A DNA stretch of 64,000 nucleotides from Laetmonice hystrix (taxonomy: Eukaryota), in contig OZ249440.1 in NCBI GenBank assembly GCA_965235115.1, positions 34,784,001 to 34,848,000 on the forward strand, given 5' to 3'. The position numbers and the translations under genes are program-made. Shown here one piece after another: positions 23,565 to 36,359 of this stretch (within the stretch, counting starts at the first letter, position 1; each line of letters starts with the position of its first letter). The notes below the pieces were generated by a model. The model saw only the letters and a list, made by a program, of their open reading frames with translations, was not told where the DNA came from and did not search any database.

Positions 23565-24759
23565 GCAATGGAACGAAAGAGGGTGTTGCCATTACTTGAT
23601 TGACCCTAAGCCACCGCCTTCTAGGAATAAAGAGGAAATAGTTACGATAGATGTTTCCTATTGTATAAGAGAATTAAATCCACTGTAAAGGGTACTCAAT
23701 ACAAAAAACCTAGGGCAAGGCGTGACCAGCCGATTGATTGGATCGGGCCTCTCCAACCTCCCGTCTAGGTGAAGTAGGAGCCAAAGCACCGTGTTGGACC
23801 TGTGAAAGCCGCAGCAATTCACCGTCCTCAGGTACCAGGACCTCTTCCTCCACCGACACGGGTCGCGACTCACGGCAAACAAGTCGCCCCATTTATTCGC
23901 CTCTTACGAACAGCCAGGGGGGGCTGGGGAACATTCTTACCCCGGTCCCCACGGGGGGAGGTTACCATGTCTTTAGGGGGGGGGGGGGTTAGTTAGATAG
24001 TAGGAATGATTTTTGAGTTTGGGACTTAGGTTGACCCCAAAAATATAGTGTCAAATATCTCCTCAGAATATGGACCAAAAGCAACCTGAATTATGCTCAA
24101 ATCTCTAAAAATCACAGTACTACAAATTCCACCTTGGTTCAGAATCAAAAATCAAGAAGAAACCCCAAAAATATCATTTTAATTTTTTTTTGGGACTTAT
24201 GTTGACCCAAAGCTCAACTTTTTCCAAAAAGGGGCGTCTAGGTAACTCTGATCGAGAAGAAACCTCTCGGAAGTGTAGTCAGTGATGTTACGCACCTTTT
24301 GCCCAAAAATCAGAAAGAAAGATAAAAAATGGCTGAAATAAAGTCATTTGTTTAAAAATCATTCACTTTTTGAGTTCCAGAAGAAGACTGTAGATAATGG
24401 TACAAGTGGGCACGGACACTTTTGCCAATCCTGTGCCGCCCGAAACCAAAATTTCTGGGGGTAGAGTAGGGTTAAATCTATTATGTTTTAAAAACATTCA
24501 GGTTAGTCAAGCTAAGTCCCGAAGACCAAAGACTAAAGGGGGTACAGGGTCCATCACAGAGTCAGACGTAGGTCCCATTGAGTTCTACAAATTCCCCCAT
24601 TACCCCCCTTCCATTCCCTAAAGATGTCCCATTTTTGGCTAACCCCTAGATTTTTCAGGTGCTTCGGGACTCATGTTGGCTAACTTAACCAATGTTAGGG
24701 TTAGGGTTAGGGCATTCTTCCTGTCCACTTAAGGACCATATTTGTCCACCATTTGGGCT

Positions 24760-24876
24760 GTCCACCTGCGGACCACGTGGTCCTTAGGTGGACTTTGTGG
24801 TCCCTGTGTGGACTTTTATGGTCCTTAGGTGGACTCTGTGGTCCGAAGGTGGACTTTGTGGTCCTTAGGTGGACTT
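24760..24876. repeat. ~20-bp tandem repeat (GTGGACTTTGTGGTCCTTAG)
   Basis: About 5-6 diverged copies visible. Confidence 0.75.
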
Positions 24877-25899
24877 GAACTGAACGCATTAAATTATAAG
24901 TAAAATGATCTAAAAAGTATTAATTATAGGGAGTTGGGGATACTTCAGCCCTATTTTAGACAGGTGTCTGTCAATATCTGCCTGGGTTCCACCCCTCTAT
25001 GTTTTGTACTTTTTAAGTTTTGGTCATTTGAAGATGTGTTACTTTAAAACAAATTCATTTGTGGGCCATTTTTGAGCACTTTCCTGTGTATTTTTGATAA
25101 ATGTAGCAATTTATTTTGCAGCTGGTTATTGCAAAATAGGACAAAAATCCTACAAAAATTGAAGGGGGCACATTAGAATACAGCAGTCGTGGGCCTTATG
25201 TGGATAAAATATGGTCCCTATGTGGACTCGGGGTTAAATGGGTTTAGGGGTAGGAGTTATCAGTACCAAAGTCGCCACCAGGGGGTGCATGGCCTGAAAT
25301 TTTTTAAGATTTCCCCTGTTCCAGGGCCCTTGTCTCCAAGGTACTCACTTCAAATGGCCAAGTTCCTGTTGTAGGTCTGTCCCAGGGTTGTTCTAGGTCT
25401 GTCCCATATCTCCCGGTCCCAGTTCCCTGTCCCCCATTCCCCCTCTTCCATGTCCCTTGTCCCATGCCCCGAGTCCTAGGTCCAGGTCTGCAGCTGTTCC
25501 CTGTCCCAGGTTCCGTGTGTTGGGTACCTTGCCCCATGTCCCCTGTCCCAGGTATCGGGTACCAGATCTCCTATCCAAGGCCCCAGATTATCTGGTCTCA
25601 CTCCCAGGTGGCAACTCCCAGGTCTGTCCCAAGCCCCCTGTCCTGGGTACCCTGTCCGAATTCCCTTACCCCTTGCCCCACGTCTTCATCCAATCAAGCC
25701 CAACATTGCAAACAGTAAAGACATAGAAAGTTCTTTTAATGGTTCAATAATTTGTTTTAATTATTTTTTGCCTGTTCTTAATTTGTCTACAATTAGCTTT
25801 GGCAGCTCCGCTTCTGATGTTGTCCTTAGAGTGTTTTGTAACAGTTATTTAGTGACTTTGGGTTTTTTGTTAGGTATGCTCTTATCCCTTTTATAGAAA

Positions 25900-28330
25900 G
25901 TGCCCCAAAAGTGGCTTGGGCCGAAAAATGGCATATGATCAGCCTGCTGCCTTCAGGGGTCCATCTCTGTCTCCTGTGCGAAACTATTTCGGTATCCTCC
26001 GAAACGGTTTCCTGTCATCAAAAAGTCGAATAACATAACTTGTAGGAACCCATCCTCAGTTTGTATACAATAGAGTTTGTGGAACCTCTACACCTCAGGA
26101 ATTTAGAAGGGCATTTTATAGTATAAAGAATTTTACCCCTTGGTCTCCAGCCAAGCTCAACTGGTAAATCGTTTTATCAGTTGCCATGATAATTATCTGT
26201 TGTTATGTTATGTTGATGCCCCGTTCTATGCTGACAGACTATCCTTCGTCCTGAAATAGATTCTTTGATAAGAAGTATAGAGTGTGCATAACAGACCTTA
26301 GCCACTTGCCAGTGGGATTAATGTTTACTTGTCTGACCCCCAGGTGGAATTAATTCTGTAAATACATGTATTGTGTTGCAGATTTTTCCATATGTCGTCT
26401 GCTAGATATACACGTCATCTGCCTGTAAGTCGTTAATTCACCGTTAAATACAAATACAACAGAGCCACAGACACCTACCAAGGTCAACGATTACAAGCCG
26501 CAACAGCTTCACCCACTGTCTCTCTGCTGGTAGAGAATATTTTTTCTTGAGGGAACGGACCATGTCATTAATGCTTATGAGCTCCTCCGCGCTGGACACA
26601 GACGCCAGAAATTTCGGTTCATTGGCCGCCTGTGTGCAGCCATCTTCATTGTAGGAGGATGCTGCCTCAATTAAGAAGCGCATGATGCCTTTCCTTTCAA
26701 GAATGTCAACTGCTTTATCGAGGTTTGCTCCTGTAACGAAAATGTATAGGGGATAAAGCCCTAATTAACCAGTGCAAAAACGATACCTCTGAAATAGAAT
26801 ACTGGTAATGCACGATAAATTGGAAATCCAAACTAATTAAATTACCCTTTAGAAAGGCTTTCCCTCTGATGTCACTTAGCTCCTGCAGGCACTCGTCATA
26901 TGGTGAGCATTGAACCTGAGCTGAAAGTATAATTGTTTAAATATCGTCTATTAAGAAGAGCAGCCAATTTGGAAGAAATTTCTTATGTTATTAGTAAGTC
27001 TGTATGTACTTTCACTCACCAGTGACCCCATTTTACGAGATTACGAGTTTTGCCCCAGCAAGATATTTTTCTGCTAGGAGGGGGTCAGCAAACTTCTTTA
27101 GCACCACTTTAGGCTGATGCTCTTGCCTCTTGGCCTGATATGCTGATTGAACAATGAACATACATAAATAGTAGACAAGTTTAAATTTTCAGTAAATGAT
27201 GGTAAGGCTTAATCAAGTAGGGGCTGGGGAGAGCAGGGGAGGGCCGGGACGAAACGAAAACACTGGGGGGTTTTGGGCAGAGCGAGGGGCTTGAGAGAGG
27301 ATGGGAGGGCCGGGACTAAACGAAAACACTGGGGGGTTTTGGGCAGAGCGAGGGCCTGGAGAGAGGATGGGAGGGCCGGTACTAAACGAAAACACTGGGG
27401 GGTTTTGGGCAGAGCGAGGGGCTGGAGAGAGGATGGGAGGGCCGGGACTAAACGAAAACACTGGGGGGGTTTTGGGCAGAGCGAGGGGCTGGAGAGAGGA
27501 TAGTAGGGCCGGGACTAAACGAAAACACTGGGGGGTTTTGGGCAGAGCCAGGGGCTGGGGAGAGGATGGGAGGGCCGGGACTAAATGAAGGATCTGGGGA
27601 GTTTTGGGCAGAGCCAGGGGCTGGGGAGAGGATGGGAGGGCCGGGACTGAATGAAGGATCTGGGTGAGTCCCGCCTATATATGATGCTGAAAGATGTAAT
27701 GTCACAGCAATGTTAATTGGACGTATTTAAGTTCCATTTTCACATAATTAATATAGCTTACAGTACGTTTATTTGTGCATCTACTAAGGCAGAAGGGGAC
27801 CTGGTATCGAAATAATAGATCATTTAACTTACGGGGTATCACAGAGTCACCACTCTCCCTACATGAATCAACCTCTTCAATAAAAGGGCCAGCTGCTGGG
27901 GTCCCTCCTGGAATGCAATATTAATGTTTGAGGACGAGGAATGGATTGTATATATTGATGGAAACTATGCAGAGCTCGTCCAAATGGCACATGGATTTGG
28001 CTAATATTTCATTTAGTTTCAGTAAATTACCAGGCATCAGGGCCAGTTGTTGGTTTCTGCGCATTGAGGCCCTAATGGCATCAATGTTAATGCCCGTTAT
28101 TTCTGGCAGTACCTCCCGTGTTCTGCCTCCAATGTCTTGAGTAAATATATTATGATATCTAGGATCCTGCTGGTCCTGACTGACTTAGCCAGAGTACCAG
28201 CAGAATCATAGATTTTGTTCTGCCCTGAGCAGAAAGTTTAACCAGATCACCCGGACTTTATTCTTGAAGGCCGCATACAGGTATCATAGAACGTGCCGGT
28301 GATGTATTGATGGTTTGATGGTAAAAAGAC
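25900..28330 (-). pseudogene. Unidentified multi-exon gene remnant
   Basis: Several short AG...GT-bounded segments on the minus strand, e.g. ~26475-26730 (ANLDKAVDILERKGIMRFLIEAASS...); stops and frameshifts present; no domain recognised. Confidence 0.4.
27218..27665. repeat. 66-bp G-rich minisatellite (~6.5 units)
   Basis: Unit GGGCCGGGACTAAACGAAAACACTGGGGGGTTTTGGGCAGAGCGAGGGGCTGGAGAGAGGATGGGA; starts at 27241 and 27307. Confidence 0.9.
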
Positions 28331-29073
28331 TGTAAATTTAACCCGAGAAGCCGCTCGAACCTGCCTCTCTCCGCTCCGCTATTATCGTTCACTGCACCGC
28401 GTGGCCCGTATCTGGGTCAATAGGTCAGAGTTCATAGTTCGGGGAAGGGGAATAACAATGCGCGCTGGATCCAGCACAGATTTTCTCCTCACTGTGTTTC
28501 ATGTGGTGACTCAAGTTTGGCCCTTCAGTTAAAAGACCATATCTGTATGATTGGCTGCTTTAGGTCTTGACCTCGCATTTGTCACCTAAATTTAAGAGTA
28601 CGTGATTAAGTCCACACTTCTGTTTGTGCTCACCACAGTAGCTACAGAATGCCGAAACCGGTTGGAGGTGGCACGGAAGTTCACTCCAGTTTCACTCATT
28701 TCGTTGGCCAAGATTTGGGCCACTGTGGAAGACTTCATCTCTTTAACAGACCTATAAATAGTCCCATCTCGTAATGCAAGGTATGATCGACGACTATGAT
28801 GGCCTCGCCGTGCGATTTTGTTGTTTTATGCTTGATGATCTGAGAGTATGTAAAAAAAGATTATGCATGACTATGTCTGCAAATGGTATCCTTTCAGGTT
28901 TTTCAGGCCATGTAGAGTTAGTAAATATCCAAGTAAATAAATAAATATATTTAAATGTGAATAAAAAAAATTAACTAACTTGGTAGGTGACCCGGTCACC
29001 AATGGCTGTCCCATTTGCTGTGTCTGTGTCGGAAATTCTGAAATATCCCAGCACGATTTCCATGCTGTGATGA

Positions 29074-29170
29074 GTGAGTGAGTAGTGGTGGTTTTGCGCA
29101 GTGACGGCATCCAGGGTCATCGTCACGGCGAAAACAGAGTTAAAAGACCGTAAAATTAAAGGAACGTATT
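29074..29170 (-). mobile_element. Solo ~100-bp 3' tail of the I-group LINE
   Basis: Matches the family 3' UTR and (ACTC)n tail; TGTGATGA duplicated at 29066-29073 and 29171-29178. Confidence 0.8.
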
Positions 29171-29469
29171 TGTGATGAAGAGAAAGACGACGATGACCTG
29201 GTGGAATGTGCCATGCATGATAGGTGCAAGCGGGGCCAGTACTTTCATATGTCATGCACAGACAGGGTGTTTTTTTTCTCTGAAGCAATGACTGCCATAA
29301 AAGTTCTTATCTCCATTCTGTATAGAACTCAAAACCAAATAATTATATATTTATAGATAATTGTACCTGGATATAATGCTCAAAAAAACGTAATGAGTGA
29401 TAATAAAGGAAATAATAAAGGAAACACTAGATAATAGAGGATAATAATAATAGAGGAAACAGCCACAAA

Positions 29470-30910
29470 ATCTTTTCTTCATCTTGAACATGTCTCTCCT
29501 GACAATGTTTGCTGCTCTGGCCAGGTGAACTGCTTCATTATCAGCATGCTCCCACGCTTTTCTTAGTGCAGATCCAACATCCTGATTGCATACAAGAACC
29601 ACATCACGACCATGCTTGTAAGTGTCCATGTCTGGAAAGTAACTCAGTATTCTGTTCTTAAGTTTGGTGGAGTGCACGCGCCCCGCCACATGAGTTCCCA
29701 GTTGCTCTAGCCTGGTACTATAGACTAGTGACCTGGGCCCGGTTTTTTTGGTCGTCGTCTCAGGCTCAAGCTCATCTCATCTCATGGTGAGCCTGAGATG
29801 ATCTCAGTGGAGACGAAGCTCAAATCGGGTTTTTTAGTTGAGATTGAGCTTTGGCTCAGTTGAGACATCGTCTCAGTCGTCTCACTGGCCGAAAATGGAA
29901 TAATCGTGACGACACAATAGGTGCAACAATCACCAGTCCATTGTGACGTAACAAAGGTGCCGCTTGGCAAACTCATCCACTGGCCTACTTTATCATTCTG
30001 CATGCAGCCGTTGTCCAACATGAAAAAGTAGGGCTATCAAAGTAAACTATCTTTCCTTTGAATAGGCCTAAAATCGAGCAGGCAACAACATAGACCTAAA
30101 TATGCAAGCCTGTAGAAGTGTAGGATTGTCAGTAATGTTTAGGTGGGTTTTAATGAGGTTGAGACGAGGTGTGAGACAGGGTCGATGCTGTCTCACCGGT
30201 GAGACGAAATCTGAGCCAGACCATGAGATGAGTCGGGACTAAAAAACCCAACTGTGAGACTGAGACGATCTCAGTCTCACAGAGGTGAGCTTGAGACGAG
30301 GTTTTCGTCTCAAACTTGACTCAAGCTCAACCAAAAAACCGGGCCCAGGTCTGAAAGCTTGAAAACTGGCGCAACAAGACTGTCCCCACAAACTTCCTCA
30401 ACATAGGAAACAAGCCCGGCAAATGCGATGCCATGCTTGATAGTGTCTGCATCGGATTCTGTAGATTCCTTTGTATCTCTTGCTTTATTGTACAAAGATA
30501 CTCGACACGGTACTTCATCGCCTCTTGGGCTATGAGGTCTCCAGCATTGAGTTTGGCCAGCAGTGGTTCGTCCTGCAGTTTGAGGGCACACTGCCTCACA
30601 CGGGCATCAAGCTCAAATGTTGACACATTGTACAGGGTGTCCCCAGCTACAGAAGAAGCATGTCTCAGTGGGATTTTGTTGCTGTTCCTTGCTCTGACGG
30701 GTGAACTTGCGGGCTTCTGGGCTGTATTCAAAAGTCATTTTCCTTTTTTTAGCCCGCTGAAGTTTAGTTTTGTTGTACTGCAGTCTGCGGGAATAGTGCC
30801 GTTTTGATTTGTGATGTCGGAATGCTGCCTCAATGCCCTGGCCATCATCCAGACGCAACAATTTTAGATTCCTAGGGAAGCAACCGATCTTCTCAAAATC
30901 CAAGAGGTTT
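29470..30910 (-). pseudogene. Academ-like transposase N-terminal remnant
   Basis: Frameshifted peptides RLDDGQGIE, YNKTKLQRAKKRK, CFFC, LLAKLNAGDLIAQEA, GIAFAGLVSY, VFKLSDL, VHSTKLKNRIL. Confidence 0.6.
29735..30345. mobile_element. MITE (Harbinger-like, CWG site) inside the Academ remnant
   Basis: TIR GGCCCGGTTTTTT flanked by CTG/CAG; many internal GAGAC/GTCTC motifs; a similar terminus recurs at ~63439. Confidence 0.7.
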
Positions 30911-31839
30911 TCAGCAAATGTCTGGGATGACCTTTACGGGAGTGATCACTTTCCCACCATACTTACCTATGAAGGACCCAACATTGGGGAAAAACAACAA
31001 AGGTGGCAACTTAAGAAAGCTGACTGGCACTCCCCCCCAGACCCTCTGTCGGGAGGAATTCAGAGCAGACACCATTAACGATCCTGAAGCAATGGATGAT
31101 TTTACCTCGCTTTTAATCTCCATTGCAGACAGGACAGTTCCTAAAACCTCGACAACTCCTAAACATGTCTCAAATCCATGGATTAATGATGAATGCAAGC
31201 AGGCAATTAAAGACCGGAAGAAAGCAGAACGCCTTTTTAACAGGCACCCAACTGCAGTGAACCTCACTAATTTTAAAATCATGAGAGCGCGGGCACGCCG
31301 TATCTGTAAAGAGAGACGGAGGCAGAGCTGGAGACTCTCACACTGAACTACGAGTATGGTAGGGTTTTGCCGAGCTTGCAGAGTTGGCCAGCTCGTGAGA
31401 TTTGTTACGAGTTGTTCAATGAGAGAGTGTGTACGAGCGTCTTGGAGTGAGGTACGAGTTTTCCGAGTCGTGTATGAGTGCAATACGATTATAGTACGAG
31501 AGTACTAAGAGTTCGCCCCGACTGCACCAGGAGTACCACGAGTTATCTACGAGTATACTACGACAGTACTAGGAGTCATATACAAGTTTTACGAGTCAGA
31601 TACGAGTTATACGAGTCATATACGAGTAATATACGAGTTGACTGCGAGCACATTAAGAGTTCCCCGACTCACATACGACTTTTACGAGTGTAGTAGGAGT
31701 GAGATAGGAGTATACTGCGAGCATAATACGAGTATACTAGGACTTACCTACGACTTTGGCGTTCACAGGCAATTTGCATATTTCACTTTTCAGCGGGAAA
31801 TTTTAAAAGTAACCTATATTGTCTCCATTCCCTGGCAAG

Positions 31840-34800
31840 ATGCTGGAGCGTCAGGACATGGTTGCCTCGATGATTTATCATCAGGCCCTACTTTATACGG
31901 CTATCGGCACGGCGATCATAAGGAAGAGGCGCCAGAGGCGTGTGCGAAGGGTCAGAAGGGTGTGGGTGAGGACGTGGCTGCTTCGCAGACCGGATTACGG
32001 TTTGTATGAGCACCTGATGGCGGAGTTGGCAGAGGAAGATAGACCAGGATTCCGCAACTTCCAAAGGATGGATCCAAATATGTTTCATGAGCTGCTCGCA
32101 CGTGGTGGCCCTCGCATCGAGAAGAAGAACACTAATCTGCGTCGACCGCTGGACAGTGGGTTGTGGCTTGCCATCACCCTTCGTTATTTGGCAACAGGAA
32201 ACTCATACATGAGTCTCCAGTATGGTTTCCGGGTTGCCAATAACACCATCTGCAGCATCGTCTCGGAGACCTGCGAAGCCATCGTCGCTGAGTACCAGGA
32301 TGAGGTGATGAAGTGCCCGCGTACAGCCGCAGAATGGATTGAAGTCAGCCGGAAGTTCGCCACCCGCTGGAACTTCCCCAACACCATCGGGGCACTAGAC
32401 GGCAAGCATGTGGCCATCCGCTGTCCTAGGAATGGTGGCTCCTTCTATTACAATTACAAGGGGTTCCATTCAATTGTCATGATGGCCCTTGTGGACGCCG
32501 ACTATCGGTTTCTGTTTCTGGATGTGGGTGCAAATGGAAGGTATGTATGATGTTCTTCAACATGTTGTTAAAATAGGATATTTAAGTACCAAAGTATGTA
32601 TTAAAAGCTATGTACATTGAAAAGATATTTCAAAGTCATTGTATATATTTGTCATATAATTGCAGTTAAAAACTCCAATTTATGTTGCTTTATTTATTGT
32701 GCATGGTCAATGCTGTTGCTTACATGTTATGAAGAGGTGTATGATATAAACACGTGTTCAACTTGTTTAGGTGCTCGGACGGTGGGATATTCGGGGAGAG
32801 TTCGCTGCGTCAGGCGTTGGAGACGCAGTCCCTGGGACTGCCGGACCCTACAGAGTTGCCATATGGGCCATTTTCACAGAAACGTGCCAGTAACGGTAAA
32901 GACAATTAAAAAATAAAACTTATTTTGTTTTTGTCCAAAGACAGGTGAATCCCTCTCCTTTCAATGATATATAAGATTCTCCGGAGCTGCAACACTGGAA
33001 ACTGCAAATTTTTCATAAAGATTGAAAATTAAGTTTTACACGGATGTCTTTACCGTTACCATAGTAACAGGAAAGACAGGTGTGTCTTTACCGTTACCAT
33101 AAAAAGTTAACAAACTTTAGTAGGCCTAGAAGGGAGGTCAAATGAAACAACTATGAGGTTATTCTGACCTGTTAGAGGTAATATAATACTGTGTCAAGTT
33201 GATTGATGCCAAGGCTTTGCATTGAAACAGTAAGAAACTTAACATGTACTGTAACCAGTAACGGTAAAGAGATGTCTTTACCGTTACTGAGTAACGGTAA
33301 AGACATGTCTTTACCGTTACTCTCATCACCTGGATAAAATATTAACTACTAACTTCATGAATATTATAAAAACTTTTTTATTTAAACACAAATAGGTAAA
33401 AGGAATAATCATAACAGGACTCCCTGAATGATTAAAAATTAATAGAAGGAGCATACTGGCATAATATTGCCTGCATGACCCTCATCATTTCTGCTTTTGA
33501 TTTAGGTTTTGAACCACCGGCACGAGGGCATCCTGGATAACTTTAATCTGGAAAAGATAGGAAATTTAAAAGTTACACCATGTGATATTTTATATTTTGT
33601 TAGAATTTTTTTTTACAACATATTAATATACATTTCTTATAATTTCAGAAATACAATGACGATGAATAAGTTGTTTACACCTGGAGATGGGAATACTAAC
33701 TTTTAAAAATTATCATTTAGCATTTGATAATGATAAACCTCCAAATAAGTGGAATCAAACTTTTTCATAGCCTAGAAAATTAGTCAGAATTACTTTCTAA
33801 CAATCCTGTTGGTCTACTCATTTAACATTTTTAGCACATGGAAAAGACCTAAATTCTAAACTTCTGAATCAATTTGCCCTTTGACCTTGAAATTTTTTGT
33901 TAATGTGCCTTTATCAGTCCACCAGTGTTTTCCAAGATCATACACTGATCCAGGGTCCAGCAATGTTAAAAAAAAATCTGGATTATATTAATTATGTCTT
34001 CACCGTTACCATCTTGTCTCTGCCGTTACCTGTGAAAGGTAATGGTAAAGACAAATTTCAGTAACGGTAAAGACACCTTTTGAATTCTACAAAATGACTT
34101 TTTGCCATGTGCCCCCTAAATTTCTGTTCAGATAAGGACAATAAAACCTGTTTAATTGATAAATGTTTGCTACAAAGATTCTATGAGTTTTCATACATTT
34201 ATTGATGGTAACGGTAAAGACGATTAATTAATGAGACATAATAGATTACGTAAACTTACCTGACAGATTCTTACAACAGTTTAAAACATAAGTTTGACTT
34301 TGAAGACAATATGGCTTCCTTATATCCTGGTCTTGTTCTGTGTACTGTAGCAGTACCATCTGTTGAGTTTGGGTGAAGTTATCTTGTAGCTTGTTGTTTA
34401 TGGTAACGGTAAAGACATGGGTCTTTCAAAACTCCGGCCAAAGTATCCATGGCAGCAAAATTATGCAATAATCGCAAGAGAGTAATAAATATTCCTTTTC
34501 GTGAAGGCTTAAGTAATTGTTATTATGGAAACAGAGATTATAGTTCCACCAATAAAGCCAATTGCGACATTGCAAAGGTTTTGTAATGGAGGTTCCACTT
34601 TTGCCAGGTAACGGTATGGACATTTTTGCCATGTTAATATCTGGCATTTGTGTTTGGTATAGCAAGGAACTATAAAACAATTTTCTTTTAAGTGGAAAAG
34701 TCATTTTTTATTAATTTCTCCCCCAAAAATTATGTTATGATGCTGCAGTTGACCAAAAAAGGCATGGACACTTTTTACTTATAATGTGCACACTTTGCTG

Positions 34801-35419
34801 AAAATGGCCCATATGATGATAAGCCAGTGCCATTCTTCATCGTTGGTGATGACGCCTTCCCCCTGCGCACGTGGCGCATGAAGCCCTACCCCCAGCACAA
34901 TATGACACGTGCACAGAGAATATTCAAATACAGGCTCTCACATGCTCGCCGTGTGGTGGAAAATGCCTTTGGCATCTTGGCGCACAGGTATAGAATTATA
35001 TTCTCTGTACTTTAACCATATAGTATGTCATGTGTTACAAACATTTCAAATGAGCTGAATAAACAGACACAATGTTGTAAATGCATGAAAAGGTGACCAT
35101 TATTTTCAGGTTCCGGTGTCTGCTGTCCTCCTTGGCTCAGAGCCCCGAACGGGTTAATTCTGTGGTGCTGGCTTGCTGTACCCTCCACAACTTGATGCGT
35201 GAGCGTTTCCCAGTACATCAGAATGCACTGCTAGACTGCGAGGATCCTGAGAACCGTGAAGTCATCAATGGCGCTTGGAGGGAAGAGGTTGCCCTGACCG
35301 GTCTGGAGGCCTTGCATGGAAACAACGTCACGCGTGCGGCCAAGGGATTGCGGGACTACCTGTGCCAGTACTGCAACTCGCCACCTGGCAGCGTTGCCTG
35401 GCAGCAAGGCATGATCTGA
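31840..35419 (+). pseudogene. Harbinger DDE transposase, 3 exons (31840-32540; 32771-32864 joined to 34815-34987; 35110-35419)
   Basis: GT-AG introns; reconstructed 425 aa open with GALDGKHV, YYNYKGFHS, GRCSDGG, VGDDAFPL, RRVVENAFG, ACCTLHN. The only lesion I saw is the 32865-34810 insertion. Confidence 0.9.
32865..34810. mobile_element. Non-autonomous Sola-like element
   Basis: TIR GGGCCATTTTCA; 4-bp TSD ATAT (32861-32864, 34811-34814); many GTAACGGTAAAGAC motifs in both orientations. Confidence 0.85.
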
Positions 35420-36359
35420 GGTATGTAGATGTAGGTGAACGTATCATATTCCTAATAAATTTCGAATGATTTATTAAGTTTAATTCCCTGGCAGAGTATT
35501 ATTCCGAAATAAGTGCAGGTAATGTAAAAAAAAATTTCAACTCCTGTGATTTGCTAAATTTAATCTTCACATTTGACATATCTGCCTTTTTCTATAAGTT
35601 ATTTGTTGAGACCTCTTTTCTCTAAGATTTTATGGGCTACTTTCAATCAAATGTTCATTTCTGAAAAATTTATTAAGTTCACAACTGTCCATCTTTCAAG
35701 TTGAAGTACCTGCATATTTTGTGGCAATTTGTACACTTTGTATAATTTGCGGAATTCTTGCAACTCCACAGTCTGGATAAGGAAAAAAGTCACCCTTGGG
35801 AAATGGGTCCAGGAAATAATAGGGCTAACATTCAGGCCTGCTTGACATATGTTAAATCCCAATACATTCATATATCTGACCTGTCCTGGACCCCCCAAAC
35901 TAAGGACCCACCTCAACCCGGGAATTATACCTAATTAAAAAAAACACGATGTATTGTAAAGTATAACATTTTAATGTTCAAATAAAGTATCGAAATACAA
36001 GTACAAATTCAAAATTCAAGTAGTTTCAGAAGCACCCTCCATGTTAATATCTGATTCCTCCTGCAACAAAGCAAGGGAAAGAAATAAAAAAATATTTAAT
36101 ACAAAAACAGTACTACTAAAAACATGACAATGTACATGGCTATTTACATGAGGTATTTACATATGGCAAAATGTTTACTCTTTAACTGACAGTTTTGCAC
36201 TTTGGCAATCTTTGGCAAACTTTAACTTTGGCATTTAACTTTCATCAGAGTCCCGTTGACAATGTTCACTGTATCTTTGACACTTTTAACATTGACCAGA
36301 GTCCTTTTGGCAAATTTAGCTACACCTCACCACCAGGGAAGATATGCTGTGAAAAAGTA

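Larger units (their letters stand above)
16352..23957 (-). mobile_element. Full-length I-group (Nimb/I-like) LINE with three nested insertions
   Basis: 12-bp TSD GAGGTTACCATG (16340-16351 and 23958-23969); 5' UTR, ORF1, ORF2 (APE-RT-RNase H-CCHC), 3' UTR and (CT)n tail. Confidence 0.92.

Noticed and set aside
24694..24712. Telomere or telomere-integrated virus
   Set aside because: Only about three TTAGGG units, internal, and no viral genes recognised.
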